DNA from: Malacoraja senta
Lineage: Eukaryota
Reading direction: 5' to 3'
NCBI GenBank assembly: GCA_038087875.1
Contig: JAXLNO010004395.1
Location: forward strand, 1-64,000
DNA length: 64,000 nt
Positions 40,335-53,330 of this stretch are shown here, piece by piece. The position numbers and the translations under genes are program-made. Under the pieces are notes generated by a model. It did no database searches, was not told the origin of the DNA, and was given only the letters and a program-made list of their open reading frames with translations. How positions within the stretch are numbered: position 1 is the first letter of the stretch; each line of letters starts with the position of its first letter.

Positions 40335-40657
40335 GGGCGGCACAGTGGCACAGTGGTAGAGTTGCTGCCTTACAGTGTTTGCAGTGCCAGAGACCCGGTT
40401 TCAATCCTGACTATGGGTGCTGTCTGTACGGAGTTAGTACGTTCTCCCCGTGACCTGCGTGGATTTTCGCTGAGATCTTTGATTTCCTCCCACACTCCAA
40501 AGACGTGCAGGAATGTAGGTTAATTGGCTTGATGCATGTGTCAAATTGTCCCTCGTGTGCATAGGATAGTATTAGTGTGCGTGTTAGTCGCTGGCCGGTG
40601 CAGACTCGGTGGGCCGAAAGGCCTGTTTCCGCGCTGTGTATCTAAATTAAAAAACTA
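40335..40657 (+). mobile_element. HE1/V-SINE-like SINE
   Basis: Full-length copy from GGGCGGCACAGTGG to a (TAAA)-like tail. Confidence 0.85.
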
Positions 40658-41110
40658 AAGAACCTATTTTACACATCTCACTTCCTTTGGTTCACGCAGT
40701 GTTCTCTCTGGTGTAGACTGATTGAGCCATTTTCAGTGCTTATTCTGGCTAATAGAGATAGCAACATGAAAACCACAGAAAGAATCTTAAAATAAACTGA
40801 ATCCTGCAGCATATAAACAGGCCCTTTTGCCCAATCTTGTCTATGCTGACCGAGATGTTTATCTACAATTACATGAATTACGCCCTTATCCCTCCCTGAC
40901 TTTCCTACCAAAAGTCCAAATGCTTTATAGACATTGTGATTATGTCTGCTTCTACCATCTCCCCTGCAGCTCATTCCAGATAACTACTGCGGTGAGAAAC
41001 GTCTGCTCAGATCCCCTTGACATTTCTCTCCCATCACCTTAAACCTCCAGTTCTAGTCCCCACTGCCCTGGGAAAGAGACAGTTACTCTCTATCCTATCT
41101 ATACCCCAAC

Positions 41111-41552
41111 GATAGACACAAAATGCTGGAGTAACTCAGCAGGGCAGGCAGTATTTATGGAGAGAAGGAAAGGATGATGTTTAGAAACGTCACTCATTCC
41201 TTCCCTCCAAAGATGCTGCCTGTCCTGCTGAGTTCCTCCAGCATTTTATGTCTGTATTCGGTGTAAAACAGCATCTGTAGTTCCTTCCTGAATAAGGATG
41301 TCGACCCGAAATGTCACCCATTCCTTCTCTCCAGTGATGCTGCCTGTCCCACTGAGTTACTCCAGCATTTTATGTCTGTCTTCGGTGTAAACCAGCATCT
41401 GTTGATCCTTCCTGAAGAAGGGTCTCAACCCGAAAAGGTCTCGACCCGAAATATCACCCATTCCTTCTCTCCAATGATGCTGCCTGTCCCACTGAGTTAC
41501 TCCAGCTTTTTGTGTCTTTCTTCTGTTTAAACCAGCATCTGCAGTTCCTTCC
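41111..41552. repeat. Cluster of Penelope-derived short repeats (one fold-back plus two tandem units)
   Basis: Repeated ...gacccgaaatgtcacccattccttctctcca..gatgctgcctgtcccactgagttactccagc... units. Confidence 0.8.
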
Positions 41553-42430
41553 GACACAATCTATAGCCCTCATTATTTCACTCCTGCATTCTAGTGAGAA
41601 TAAATGCAGCCTATCCAATCTCTTCACATAACACCAGACCTCTATTCCAGGCAACAACCTGGCAAAACCCTTCTGCACTACTTTTGATGCCATCACATCC
41701 TTTTTGGTTTAGAGATACATTGCAGAAACAGGCCCTTTGGCCCACGCCGACCAGTGATCCCCGCACAGTAATGTTAGTAGTGGAGCGATCAGAACTCTAC
41801 ACAATACTCCAGGTGCAGCCTAACCAATGTTTTGTTTGATTTCTCAACTCTTATACTTGATGCCAGAGTCTATTCAGTTATACAGGGCCTTGGTGAGACT
41901 GCACCTGAAGTATTTTGTGCAGTCTTGGTCGCCTAGTTTGAAGAAGGACATTCTAGCTACTGAGGGAGTCCACCAAAGTTCACCAGGTTAATTACCGGGA
42001 TGGCAGAGCTGACATATGATACAAGAATGAATCGACTGGAATTCAGAAGGATGAGGTCTCTGAGGTCTCTTATAGAAACAGAAAACTAATAAGGGATTGG
42101 AGAGATGCAAGAAAAATATTCCCGATGTTGGGGAGTCCAGAATCAGGGGTCACAGTTTAAGAATAATGGGTAGGCCATTTATAATTGAGATGTAGAAAAA
42201 CCTTTTCACCCAGAGAGTTGTGAATCTGTTGAATTCTCTCCCACAGAAGGCAGTGGAGACCAATTCACTGAATGTATTCAAGAGAGAGTTAGCTCTTAGG
42301 GTTAATGAAATCAAGGGATATGGGGAGAAAGTAGGAACGGGGTACTGATTCTGGTTGATCACCAATGACCATATTGAATGGTGGTGGTGGCTTGAAGGGC
42401 CAAATGGCCTACTCCTGCACCAATTTTATA

Positions 42431-44580
42431 TAGAAACATAGAAAATAGGTGTAGGAGGAGGCCATTCGACCCTTCGAGCCAGCACCGCCATTCATTGTGA
42501 TCATGGCTAATCGTCCCCTATCAATAACCCGTGCCTGCCTTCTTCCCATATCCCTTGACTCCACTAGCCCCGAGAGCTCTATCTAACTCTCTCTTAAATC
42601 CATCCAGTGATTTGGCCTCCACTGCCCTCTGTGGCAGGGAATTCCATAAATTCACAACTCTCTGGGTGAAAATGTGTTTTCTCACCTCAGTCTTAAATGA
42701 CCTCCCCTTTATTCTAAGACTGTGGCCCCTGGTTCTGGACTCGCCCAAGCTTGCCCAGTCCTGTTATAGAAACATATAATATTATATGTTTCTATAAGAT
42801 CCCCCCTAGTCTTTTCAATCTTTCCTCATATGACATCTCCCGCCATCCCAGGGATCAATCTCTTGAACCTACGCTGCACTGCCTCAATCACAAGGATGTC
42901 CTTCCTCAAATTAGGAGACCAAAACTGTACACAATACTCCAGATGTGGTCTCACCAGAGCCCTATACAACTGTAGAAGAACCTCTTTACTCCTATACTGA
43001 AATCCTCTTGTTATGAAGGCCAACATTCCATTAGCTTTCTTCACTGCCTGCTGTACCTGCACGCCAACTTTCAGTGATCGGTGTACAAGGATGCCCAGGT
43101 CTCGTTGTACCTCCTCCTTACCTAACCTAACCCCATTGAGATCATAATCTGCCCCCTTGTTTTTGCCGCCACAGTGGATAACCTCACATTTATCTATATT
43201 ATACTGCATCTGCCACGCATCTGCCCACTCACTCAACCTGTCCAGGTCACACTGCAACCTCCTAACATCCTCTTCACAGTTCACACTGCCACCCAGCTTT
43301 ATGTCATCCGCAAACTTGCTAGTGTTGCGCCTAATTCCCTCTTCCAAATCATTAATATATATGGTAAACAGTTGCGGCCCCAACACCGAGCCTTGCGGCA
43401 CTCCACTCGCCACTGCCTGCCATTCTGAAAAGGACCCATTCACTCCTACTCTTTGCTTCTGGTCTGCCAACCAATTTTCTATCCATGTCAACACCCTACC
43501 CCCAATATCATGTGCTCTAATTTTAGTCACCAGTCTCCCGTGCGAGACCTTATCAAAGGCTTTCTGAAAGTCTAGATACACTACATCCACTGGCACCCCT
43601 TCATCCATTTTACTTGTCACATTCTCAAAAAATTCCAGAAGATTAGTCAAGCATGATTTCCCTTTCATAAATCCATGTTGACTTGGACTAATCCTTTTAC
43701 TGCTATCCAAATGCCCCATTATTGACTCCAGCATCTTTCCCACCACCGAAGTCAGGCTAACTGGTCTGTAATTCCCCGTTTTCTCTCTCGCTCCTTTCTT
43801 GAAAAGTGGGATAACATTAGCTATCCTCCAATCCACAGGAACTGATCCTGAATCTATTGAACATTGGAAAATGATCACCAATGCGTCCACTATTTCTAGA
43901 GCCACCTCCCCGAGGACCCTGGGATGCAGACCATCAGGCCCAGGGGATTTATCATCCTTCAGTCCCATTAGCCTACCCAGTATTATTTCTCGCCTAATGA
44001 ACATTTCTTTCAGTTCCTCTACCCCCTTAGATCTTCTGTCCTCCAGTACATCTGTGAGATTGTTTGTGTCTTCTTTAGTGAAGACAGATCCGAAGTACCT
44101 ATTCAAATCTTCTGCCATTTCCTTGTTGCCCATAATAATTTCACCCGTGTCTGCCTTCAAGGTACCCACATTTGGCTACTCTTTTTCCCTTCACATATAT
44201 AAATAAGCTTTTACTGTCCTTCTTTATATTCCTGGCGAGCTTCCCCTCGTACTTCATTTTTTCAGCCCGTATTGCCCGTTTTGTTTCCTTCTGTTGTCCT
44301 ATGAAAGTTTCCCAATCCTCTGGCTTCCGGCTACTCTTTGCTGTGTTATACATCTTTTCTTTTAGTTTTATTCTATCCCTAACTTCTCTTGTCAGCCACG
44401 GTTGCCTCCTACACCCCTTAGAATCTTTCTTTCTTTTTGGAATGAAATAATCCTGCATCTCCCGGATTATGCCCAGAAATTCCTGCCATTGCTGTTCCAC
44501 CGTCATTCCTGCTAGGATCCCTTTCCAGTCTACTTTGGCCAGCTCCTCTCTCATGCCTTCATAGTCCTCTTTGTTCAACT
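42431..44580 (-). mobile_element. CR1/HER1-like LINE, 5'-truncated, internally deleted near the 3' end
   Basis: ORFs 44141-44578, 42826-44169 (NYRPVSLTS, DFQKAFD, SGVPQGSVLGP, FADD) and 42521-42748; (CTATGTTT)-type tail at 42431. Confidence 0.92.
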
Positions 44581-45733
44581 GTTTCTATGTCTAGGTGGAC
44601 AAACATGCCAAAGTGCATTCTTTGCTTTCCTGTCTATCCTTGTCGTCGTTTTCAGGTAACTATGAACTTGCAACCCAAGGACTCTCTGTATATTAACACC
44701 CCTCAGGTTCTTACCTTTTATGTCCTACCAGAACATGACATGCCGTCACGCACAACTTCACACATGTCTGGATTACATTCCTTCTGTTATTGCTCCATCC
44801 AGCTCTCTAGCTAATCTGTATCCCACTGGATCCATAGACAACCTTCTTCAATGTACATGTCATCTGCAAACCTACTAATCAAACCACCAATATTCACATC
44901 CACATCATATATACTATCCACTGCAAAACACAAAGGGCTGCAGGGACTCAGCAGGTCAGGTAATATCTGGAGGGATTTTATCCCCGCCAAAAATAAACAT
45001 TATTCAGAATAATGAAATATATACAAAACAAGAACAGTGCAAAAGACTTTTCTGCCATTCTCAGTGTCCACACATGAATTAATTACGGTTATTTTTGGTT
45101 GTGTTCACAAACTATCCTTATATCAAGCACCCTTGCCACTCATATAGCCCTCCTGGGTTGATAGCCCTTCCCTTGTTTGAGGGGCGTCTTCACCAGTTGC
45201 AGCCCCCAATGTATTGCCACGAAGGACCCTAGACTGTAGACCTCCACTGAGCCTTGGTGTTGGCTGCACCAAGCTTCAGTGAATCCCTCAGCACATACTC
45301 CTGCAGTCTGGAATGGACAGATGATGTTTTGGGTCAGACGCTTCTTCAGACTGATTGTAATAGAAAGCTGAAAAAGAGAGGTGGGGCTGGGACAAATCCT
45401 GGCAAGTGATACAGGTGATAAGACATAAAATGCTGGAGTAACTCAGCGGGCCAGGCAACATCTCTGGAGAGAAGGAATGGGTGACTTTTCAGGTCGAGAT
45501 TCTTCTTCAGACTAGTTAGAGATCAGGGAAACAAGAGATATAGACAATGATGTAGAGAGATAAAGAACAATGAATGAAAGATATGCAAAAAAGTAATGAT
45601 GATAAAGGAAACAGGCCATTGTAAGTTATTTGTTGGGTGAAAACGAGGAGCTGGTGGGACTTGAGAACAGATTTTGATAAGTAGATGGGTGGAGTAAGTG
45701 GCAACGGCTAGAGGTGAAAAAGTGACAAAGGGT

Positions 45734-45761
45734 CTGAAGAAGGGTCTCGACCCGAAACATC
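45734..45761 (+). ncRNA. Hammerhead-like motif with a 7-bp stem I but an A at the G16.2 position
   Basis: AAAGGGU-CUGAAGA-A-GGGUC UC GACCC-GAAAC-AUC-ACCCUUU. Confidence 0.5.
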
Positions 45762-47037
45762 ACCCTTTCCTTCTCTCCAGAGATGCTGCCTGTCCCGCTG
45801 AGTTACTCCAGCTTTTTGTGTCTACCTTTGGTTTTAACCAGCATCAGCAGTTCCTTCCTGTACATCCTGCCTTGTGCAGCATTGTTCTGTGTTTACAAAT
45901 AGAGTGTAAATAAAACCTGGCATCCTGTGTGCCATTTAAATCAATTATGATTGATGTATATTTTTATTCCATGCAATCCTACAAAGTATCCCACAAATAC
46001 ACCACTCGGCAGCATTCAGTGGATGGTGCCTGAGGCAAGGCAGCTCTTTGAACTGGTTCATAGATCACATTTGTTTTCTTTTTACATTGTCTTTTACAAT
46101 TTAGTTGACCAATTATTTTAAATCTTTTTTCCCCCAAGTTACTGAACTTTTTCCACAGGAAGTACTTTTTTATGGCCCATTCTAGTGAGAACATTGATGA
46201 TTGAAAAACAAGAAAACTGTTCTACTGTACTCACTATATACGCATGACTGCGTAGCCGGACATAGTCCGAACTCCATCATCAAGTTCGCCGACGACACCA
46301 CTGTTGTGTGACGAATCACTGATGGTGATGAGTCAGAGTACATTAGTGAGATCGACCAATTGACCAAATGGTGCCAGCACAATAACCTGGCCCTCAACAC
46401 CAGTAAAACCAAGGAACTGATTGTGGACTTTGGAAGAGGTAGGATAGGAACCCACAACCCCGTTTATATCAACAATGGTGGAAAGGGTCAAGAACTTCAA
46501 ATTCCTGGGCGTGCATTTATCCGAAGATCTTTCCAGGTCCCAGCACACTGATGCAATTATAAAGGAGGCACATCAGTTCCTCTACTTCCTGAGAAGATTA
46601 TGGAGAGTTGGTATGTCAAGGAGGACTCTCTCGAACTTCTAACCATGCACAGTAGAGAGCAAACTGACTGGCTGCATCGTGGCTTGGTTCAGCAACTTGA
46701 ACGTCCAGGAGCGGAAAAGAATCCAGAAAGTTGTGACTACTGCCCAGTCCATCTTCGGCTCTGACCTCCCCACCATCGTAGGGATCCATCGCAGTCGCTG
46801 CCTCAAAATGACTGCCAACATCAAAGACCCGCACCATCCTGGCCACACACTCATCTCTCCGTTGCCATCGGGAAGAAGCTGCAGGAGCTTGAAATCTGGA
46901 ACATCCAGGTTCAAGAACAGCTTCTTCCCCACAGCCATCAGGCTATTAAACACGTCATCAAACAAACTCTGAACAATAACAGCCTATTGCACTTTATATG
47001 TTTATTTATTGTGTATATATATGGTCTGTGGTATATA

Positions 47038-48578
47038 CAGTGGCTTGCAAAAGTTTTCATACCGCTTGAACTTTTCCACATTTTGTCACGTTACAACCAC
47101 AAACGTAAATGTATTTTATTGGGATTTTATGTGATAGACCAACACAAAGTGGTGCATAATTGTGAAGTGGCCCCCCCTCCTGAGTCAATACTTTGTAGAA
47201 CCACCTTCCACTGCAATTACAGCTGCAAGTCTTTTGGGGTATGTCTCTACCAGCTTTGCACATCTAGAAACTGAAATATTTGCCCATTCTTCTTTGCAAA
47301 ATAGCTCAAGCTCAGTCAGATTGGATGGAGAGCGTCTGTGAACAGCAATTTTCAAGTCTTGCCAGAGATTCTCAATTGGATTTAGGTCTGGACTTTGACT
47401 GGGCCATTCTAACACATGAATATGCTTTGATCTAAACCATTCCATTGTAGCTCTGGCTTGTTTAGGGTCGTTGTCCTGCTGGAAGGTGAACCTCCGCCCC
47501 AGTCTCAAGTCTTTTGCAGACTCTAACAGGTTTTCTTCCAGGATTGCCCTGTATTTGGCTCCATCCATCTTCCCATCAACTCTGACCAGCTTCCCTGTCC
47601 CTGCTGAAGAAAAGCATCCCCACAGCATGATGCTGCCACCACCATGTTTCATAGTGGGGATGGTGTGTTCAGGGTGATGTGCAGTGTTAGGTTTCCGCCA
47701 CACATAGCGTTTTGCATTTAGGCCAAAAACTTCAATTTTGGTCTCATCTGACCAGAGCACCTTCCTCCACATGTTTGCTGTGTCCCCCACATGGCTTGTG
47801 GCAAACTGCAAACGGGACTTCTTATGGCTTTTTTTCAACAATGGCTTTCTTCTTGCCACTCTTCTATAAAGGCCCGATTTGTGGAGTGCACGACTAATAG
47901 TTGTCCTGTGGACAGATTCTCCCACCTGAGCTGTGGATCTCTGCAGCTCCTCCAGAGTTACCATGGGCCTCTTGGCTGCTTCTCTGATCAATGCTCTCCT
48001 TGCCCGGCCTGTCAGTTTAGGTGGACGGCCATGTCTTGGTAGGTTTGCAGTTGTGCCATACTCTTTCCATTTTCGGATGATGGATTGAACAGTGCTCCGT
48101 GAGATGTTCAAAGCTTGGGATTTTTTTTTATAACCTAACCCTGCTTTAAACTTCTCCACAACTTTATCCCTGACCTGTCTGGTATGTTCCTTGGGCTTCA
48201 TGATGCTGTTTGTTCACTAATGTTCTCTAACAAACCTCTGAGGCCTTCACAGAACAGCTGTATTTATACTGAGATTAGATTACACACAGGTGGACTCTAT
48301 TTACTAATTAGGTGACCTGAAGGCAATTGGTTGTACTGGATTTTATTTAGGGGTATCAGAGAAAAGGGGGCTGAATACTTTTGCCAGCGACACTTTTCCG
48401 TTTTTTATTTGTAAAAAAATTTGAAAACCATATATCATTTTCCTTCCACTTCACAATTATGCGCCACTTTGTGTTGGTCTATCACATAAAATCACAATAA
48501 AATACATTTACGTTTGTGGTTGTAACGTGACAAAATGTGGAAAAGTTCAAGGGGTATGAATACTTTTGCAAGCCACTG
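47038..48578 (-). mobile_element. Tc1-family DNA transposon
   Basis: TA target duplication (47036-47037, 48579-48580). 133-bp TIRs starting CAGTGGCTTGCAAAAGT (47038-47170 vs 48446-48578) with 4 mismatches. Confidence 0.97.
47185..48201 (-). CDS. Tc1 transposase (338 aa, uninterrupted)
   Basis: Paired-like HTH, GRPPK AT-hook, RKPLL linker, and catalytic WSDE / QDND / SPDLNPIE motifs. Confidence 0.95.
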   Translation of the reverse strand: MKPKEHTRQVRDKVVEKFKAGLGYKKKSQALNISRSTVQSIIRKWKEYGTTANLPRHGRPPKLTGRARRALIREAAKRPMVTLEELQRSTAQVGESVHRTTISRALHKSGLYRRVARRKPLLKKSHKKSRLQFATSHVGDTANMWRKVLWSDETKIEVFGLNAKRYVWRKPNTAHHPEHTIPTMKHGGGSIMLWGCFSSAGTGKLVRVDGKMDGAKYRAILEENLLESAKDLRLGRRFTFQQDNDPKQARATMEWFRSKHIHVLEWPSQSPDLNPIENLWQDLKIAVHRRSPSNLTELELFCKEEWANISVSRCAKLVETYPKRLAAVIAVEGGSTKY

Positions 48579-48707
48579 TAGACACACTGAACTTTTATCT
48601 CTGTATTATGTTTACATATTCTGTTGTGCTGCAGCAGGCAAGAATTCATTGTCCCATCTGGGACACATGACAATAAAACTCTCTTGACTTTTGGGCAGCA
48701 CTATTAT

Positions 48708-49747
48708 TAGGTATGTTACAATACTTACCTTCAGTCGCGCTGTAATTCTGCCACTGGCCGTGTGCGCGATTTTGGCGCCTTTAAGGGGGGGCGGGGTTAA
48801 AACGCGGGTTTCTCCTCCCTTGTCCTGGTTAATATTTTGTTGGAGTACAACCCTTGGCAGACAAATCGTTCCTAGTGGCGATTTGTGTATTTTTTATTTT
48901 TATTAAATCGTCAATGTCAGCGCTACAGTAATTTTAAAATCAGCTCCTGAAGCGTCAACGCCGATAACGGGGACGGATTTCACACTGGGACAGGTAAACG
49001 AAAGTGGTTTCTTTAAATGTATAAAAGTGCTTCTTAAGAAGCCTTTAATTCACATTTTTTCATGCGACACGGTGATTTTATTCCTCGAATTAACGGCAGT
49101 ATTTTTCATGCCAATACAGGGTTAAATTCACCGCAAATGAACGTTCCAAAAGATCGCGTTCCAGAAATCCTCACTCACAAGATGAATTAAATGCCCATTA
49201 ATTTACAGGTATTAAACACTCAATTCCTTCCATTTGGCCTGTAAATTCATGAAAATGAGATTTAAAAATTATGTTATATTGTGAATTATTGTGTGAATGT
49301 TATTTGGACACTTAGGCTATTTAAAAATGTTAATCTATTCTTAAGAAATTGATAGATGTTTAGATCTATTAATTGAATTTTGTAATTAGCTACAATTAGG
49401 TAACTAACTAATTATATGCTTTACTTTCATGTCTTCGAAGTAAGATTGTTTCATATTTGTTTCAAAATGCTTCAATCTATAATAACTGAAATTTTTTTTC
49501 AGTTATCATAATTTTTAAGAAAGTTATGGGCTTTTAACTGTCCTCGATCACAGCTTTTGTGTTAAGTCAATGGAAAAGCAATAGGGAACTAGATGCTAAT
49601 TTCTGAGTATGATAATGGCCATAACGTTTTTAATACTGAAGATATGAAAGTGAATTAAATGTCAAATTAAACTTCTTTTTATGCTTTATCTGATTGGATA
49701 AATTGCAGACTTTATTTTTAAAATCTCAAAATTTTGTAACATTGCTA
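48708..49747 (+). mobile_element. Non-autonomous DNA transposon, ~1.04 kb, TAG..CTA termini (copy 2)
   Basis: TAGGTATGTTACAA...TTTTGTAACATTGCTA flanked by CTATTAT on both sides (48701-48707, 49748-49754). Confidence 0.8.
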
Positions 49748-49754
49748 CTATTAT

Positions 49755-50045
49755 GGGTGGCCTGGTGCAGTAGAGGTAGAGCAACTGCCTCACAGTGCCA
49801 GAGACCCGGGTTCGATCCTGACTATAGGTGCTGTCTGTATGGAGTTTGTACGTTCTCCCTGTGACCATCATGGGATTTCTCCCACACTCCAAAGACGTAC
49901 ATGTTTATAGGTTAATGGGCTTGGTGTAAATATTAAATTGTCCCAAGTTTGTGTGTAGGGTAGCGTTAAGGTGCGTGAATCGCTGGCCGGTGCGGACTCG
50001 ATGGGCCAAAGGGCCTGTTTCTGCTCTATATCTCTAAACTAAACT
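49755..50045 (+). mobile_element. HE1/V-SINE-like SINE
   Basis: GGGTTCGATCC B-box and (CTAAA)n tail. Confidence 0.85.
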
Positions 50046-51518
50046 ATTAACATGTGTATCAAATCACTGACAAGAATAAAGTCATCGAACACAGAAACTT
50101 GTGTCATAGTTTAAGAATAAGGGTAGGCCATTTACGAGTGAGATAAGGAAAAACGTTTTCACCCAGAGAGTTGTATATCTGTGGTCTTCTCTGCCACAGC
50201 AGGCAGTGGAGGCCAATTCATTGGATGTTTTCAAGATAGAGTTAGATTTAGCTCTTAGGGCTAATGGAATCAAGGGATATGGGTAAAAAGCAGGAACGGG
50301 ATACTGATTTTGGATGATCAGCTATGATCATATTGAATGATCAGCTAGGGCCGAATGGCCTACTCCTGTACCTACAGTATTTTCTATGTTTCCATGTAAA
50401 TCTCACATTCCAATGAACTTCCCTCCTCTCTCAATTTTCCCACCACCCACATTCACTTGGGGAAAATTACCTTCCAGTCAAATAACCTGATCCTACCTCA
50501 CAAATGTTTATAAATACTTTAAGTGTAACCTTGTTAAATGTCTTCTGAACAGAAGTGATTCATCTTCCCATTTTCTCTATCATCTCAAAAATGTACATAC
50601 TTCAGCCGGCATAACTACACTTTTACACATCCTTACTCTTCTCTCTGATAAATTCACAGCAGGTCAAGAGCACAATTGCTCAAGCCCTGAGGAATGTATT
50701 GCTGGACTCGACACAATATTAATCAGCAAAAGACCCATGTTCTAGGCTATGATTACATTACAAAAACTACCAAACAACCTTTCCGTTTTCAGTGGAAAAT
50801 AAGGTAAAATAATGACGTGGTGCTATAAACTTGACAGAGAAATATAACATGTTGGAAATGATCCAACAGCATCTGTGGAGGTAAATAGAGTTGCGACATT
50901 TTAGTTGCCAAATTAAATGATGAAGGTCCAGAACGTGAATTCAGATTTCCTCTCCTTAAGCTTAAACATTACACCTAGAAGAGATAAGACTCCTCCTAGC
51001 AGGTAAACCAGATCACTTCCACCTGACGTGGTCTGCATTTATAGAATTATTACAAACATAGGGTGCAAAAGTACTTTAAAAAAAATAAAAAAATTGAGGT
51101 CAGGTAAGGGGGGATGATAGTTGAAGAGTTGGTATGTCCCATTTACGTAATGCTCATAAAAATATTTGTTTCTCATTTTTTCCTCTTTCTCTTTCTCTTT
51201 TTTTCCTAGGGCCTATTTCTTAACTCTTTTTCTTTTGTTTTTAATTTTGCTCTTATAGGGTCTTCGTCCTTTTTTGTTGTCACATTTTCTACACTTTTCT
51301 ACACTTTCACTTTTTCCTTCACTTTCTTCTTTCTTTCAATCTTTTCCTCGTCTAGTGTAAAAAATAAAGGGAGTTCATTAATTGTAAGAAGATATAAATG
51401 ACGAGTATTAATGTATGTGGTTGTAATGTAATGTACTTCTAATAAATAAAAATTAAAAAATAAGTAAATAAATAAATAAATTTAAAAAAGCTTGAACTTT
51501 TCCTTGCTTTCTGGGTAT

Positions 51519-51792
51519 TTAGTTTAATTTAGAGATACAGTGCAGAAACAGGCCACCAAAATCCTCGCCGACCAGCGATCCCCGCACACTATCACTATTC
51601 TATGCACACTTGGGACAATTTAGAATTTTACTAAGCCAATTGGTATGTCATTGGAATGTGGGAGGAATCCGGAGGAAACCTGCACCTGTCATGGGAAGTA
51701 TGTACAAACTCCATGCAGGCAGAAACCGTAGTCAGGATCAAACCCGGGTCCCTTGCGCTGTAAGGCTGCAGCTCTGCCGCTGCACCACCGTG
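51519..51792 (-). mobile_element. HE1/V-SINE-like SINE
   Basis: Reverse complement of the SINE consensus. Confidence 0.75.
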
Positions 51793-53054
51793 CTGAACCA
51801 TATTTTTAGCATTTCCTGCCAAATCCTAAACTGTATCACAAGATGACTTCTCATGCAGTCTTGGTCTTATGTCACTTCAAATATTGTTTTGAAAATATTA
51901 CTACATACTCCAGTAAATGGTTTATGAATAATAGAAGTAACTTACTGCATCAGTTAAAAAGCATTGTGAAAAATTTAATTCCCTCCAAATTACATTCCCT
52001 TCTGTTGTGCAGCAAGTAAGAATGTCATTGTCCTATCTGGGACATATGACAATAAAATACTCTTGACTCTTGAAGATGTGAGGAAGGGTCTCAAACTGAA
52101 ATATCACCTATTTCTTTTTGCCAGAAATGCTGCATGACCCACTGAGTTACTCCAGCATTTTGTGTCTATCTTCGGTGTAAACCAGCATCTGCAGTTCCTT
52201 CTTACAAAGATGTTACTCTACCACCTGAGTTCCTGCAGCAGTTGTTTTTATGATACTAGGTTGACATGCAATTGAGACATGCTGTGAGCTTCCTTTCAAA
52301 GGAGGACAATTAAGCCCATATGCTCAATCCATGCACATTTTTACCAATGACGTATTGTAAAGCCTTAACAGTACAATTTACATTCAGCTTTCAGATAATG
52401 CATTCGACCACAAACAGATGTCTCTCATTAAATTCTACCAGATAAGGGTTGGAAAGTCTGAAAAGGGGTCTCGACCCGAAACGTCACCCATTCCTTCTCT
52501 CCAGAGATGCTGCCTGTCCCACTGAGTTACTCCAGCTTTCTGTGTCTATCATTGAAAGACATTCTCCCTTCCCCACACTTCCTGCAGCTTAACATGTTTC
52601 TTTTTTTTCTCCTAGAAAAAGACACAAAGTGCTGGGACAACTCGACGGGTCAGGCAGTATCACTGGAAAACATGGATATGTGGTGTTGTGGAACAGGATC
52701 CTTCTTCAGACTCATTGTGGGAGGTTGGGGGGGGGGGGTGATATGGGCATTGTAGAGAGGGAGGGAGAGGGGGAGATGAAGGAAACTGGATGAAAGGAGG
52801 GGCAGGTAATAGGTGAACATAGGTGAGGAGGCGGTAATGGGGGGAGTTGATAGGCAGATTATTGGACAAGGGACAGAGATAAAAATACAGAAGGTGTGCA
52901 ACAAAGTAATTGAAAAGTTGCAAATGGCAAATTTAGAAGGAAGCGGGAGAGGAGGGAAATAGGTGCAAGTCCAGGTGGGCTACAGGGGAGGGGGGCAACG
53001 GTGGGGAGAAATATGGGTGTGGGGGAGAAAGCGGAGGAGGAGGAGAGTAGGGCT

Positions 53055-53330
53055 TAGGTTTCCTAAAATTGGCGAGTTCAATATTCACACCATCAGGTTG
53101 AAAGCCACCCAAGAAGAATATTAGGGGCTGTTTGCATGTGACCTCACACTGGCAATGGAGGAGACCCAAGACAGAAAGGTCAATATGGCAATGGGAAAGG
53201 AAGTTCAAATGGTTAGCAACCAGGAGATCCAGTGCAGAAGTCCATGGCAGATCCAGTGCATATTTTTGGCGAAATGGTCGTGGAGTCAATGCCTGGTCTC
53301 GTCGATATACAGGAGGCCACATTGGGAACA
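53055..53330 (-). mobile_element. Penelope GIY-YIG remnant
   Basis: PPVYRRDQA / LSVLGLLHCQ / LGGFQPDGVNIELANF fragments in shifted frames. Confidence 0.75.

Larger units (their letters stand above)
46225..48690 (+). mobile_element. Degraded Rex/Babar LINE 3' part, interrupted by Tc1
   Basis: [23 protein letters not shown] and [14 protein letters not shown] remnants. The 3' UTR resumes after the Tc1 at 48579 and ends in a CTTGA tail. Confidence 0.85.

Noticed and set aside
43157-44450. Plus-strand ORFs of 84-136 aa, and most other short ORFs in the track
   Set aside because: Antisense or off-frame shadows of LINEs, SINEs or low-complexity DNA, with no domain signatures.
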